A stretch of 64,000 bases of DNA. Origin: Macrostomum lignano (Eukaryota). The stretch covers positions 1-64,000 of the forward strand of contig NIVC01002312.1 in assembly GCA_002269645.1 (NCBI GenBank), in the 5' to 3' direction. The position numbers and the translations under genes are program-made. Positions 62,855-64,000 of this stretch are shown here, piece after piece (positions within the stretch are counted from its first letter, which is position 1; each line of letters starts with the position of its first letter). Under the pieces are notes generated by a model, which saw only the letters and a program-made list of their open reading frames with translations, did no database searches and was not told the DNA's origin.

Positions 62855-63838
62855 ATGCCGTTGCCAAGCAAAGCGCGCGCCTATCCTGACGCGAATTCGT
62901 TGCGCAGCCGCGAATACTGGGACTACGAGGCTCACGTAGTAGAATGGGGCAATCAGGACGATTATCAGGTGGTGCGAAAACTCGGCCGCGGCAAATACTC
63001 CGAAGTGTTTGAAGGTGTTAACGTTACTAATCAGGAGAAAGTAAGCATTTTGAAGCAATAAATGTGTTGTAAAAGTTTCCACATAGCAACTCGCTAGGTG
63101 ACGAGTCATTTGTGTATCTCACGACAGTCATAGTTACTCTAGCCATTTACTAGATCCATATACTAAAAATAGTTTACTACTAAATAGTTGTATATATACT
63201 CAGCAACATCGAAAAGTCGCCATCACAAAAGATTCTGCAGTCGCCTCTTGAGAGTGCAAGGAAAAGTCAAGGGTAAAATCAAGAGTGCAAGGGTTTGGAC
63301 AGGTCAAAGCTACCCTTTAACCGGATTTGCGGATTACATGCAGATTTGCCTTGCGATAGGGTGCCAGCAACTCCCCTGTGAATATATTTTATTTTTATAT
63401 ATGCAAACATCCTTGATATAGTTGAGGTAGTTGGTCCTCGTGAATTTCTCGACAAGCCTCGAGAGGCTATCATGACGGACCCCAGCTAACCCTAACCATT
63501 GCTTTAATTTGCATCACTAGGTTGTCATCAAGGTGCTGAAGCCGGTGAAAAAGAAGAAGATCAAGCGAGAAATAAAGATTCTGGACAATCTAAAAGGCGG
63601 TATTAATATTATTACTATGCAGAGCATAGTGAAGGATCCGGTGTCGAGGACCCCGGCGCTTATCTTCGAATACGTGAACAACACGGACTTCAAGCTGCTG
63701 TACTCTGGCCTATCCGACTATGATATCCGTTATTATATATTCGAACTATTGAAAGCGTTAGATTTCTGTCACAGTATGGGCATTATGCATAGGGATGTTA
63801 AGCCGCATAACGTTATGATTGATCACGAGCATCGGAAG
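62855..63838 (+). CDS. CSNK2A1: Casein kinase II subunit alpha, first two coding exons (62855-63040, 63521-63838); continues beyond the window
   Basis: [30 protein letters not shown] / [41 protein letters not shown]. Both junctions are GT-AG and phase 0. Confidence 0.97.
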
Positions 63839-64000
63839 GTGAGTGTCTGTAATTCTAGTTAGCATTTAGATTAGTTAGTGTATGATTAAACATCTGAAAT
63901 TTAAATAAAATGTGCTTTTAGCGCCAAATTTTAGTATATAGGATTGGATGTAGCGCCAAAGTGGTTGGGTTTAGCCCCAAAGTGGTTGAATTTGGCGCCA

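Overview
Eukaryotic, repeat-rich animal DNA. GC-rich exons and minisatellite-stuffed introns resemble the flatworm Macrostomum, but that assignment is inference only. Host genes: (1) the terminal exon of an ankyrin-repeat gene; (2) a reconstructed 3-exon orphan gene of about 809 aa (3677-7934, +); (3) an intronless RSL24D1/RLP24 (-); (4) a complete 14-exon RIC1 (27123 to 13584, -); (5) the first two coding exons of casein kinase II alpha (+, runs off the window). The most striking region is 35.3-48.3 kb, a nested, chimeric cluster of restriction-like-endonuclease (RLE) non-LTR retrotransposons inserted site-specifically into U2 snRNA genes, like the Utopia/NeSL group. It holds one U2 5' half (nt 1-39), three U2 3' halves (nt 41 to end) each welded to an element 3' end, at least two or three subfamilies, and a covarying 3'-terminal hairpin. 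RIC1 introns are bimodal: four are 88-97 nt and repeat-free, and all nine long introns carry their own distinct minisatellite. Also present are Merlin, mariner and RTE remnants, MITE-like inverted-repeat elements, a tRNA-derived SINE-like element, a diverged ~0.9 kb direct-repeat pair around an LTR-like segment, and long microsatellites. All exon models and alignments were done by eye.
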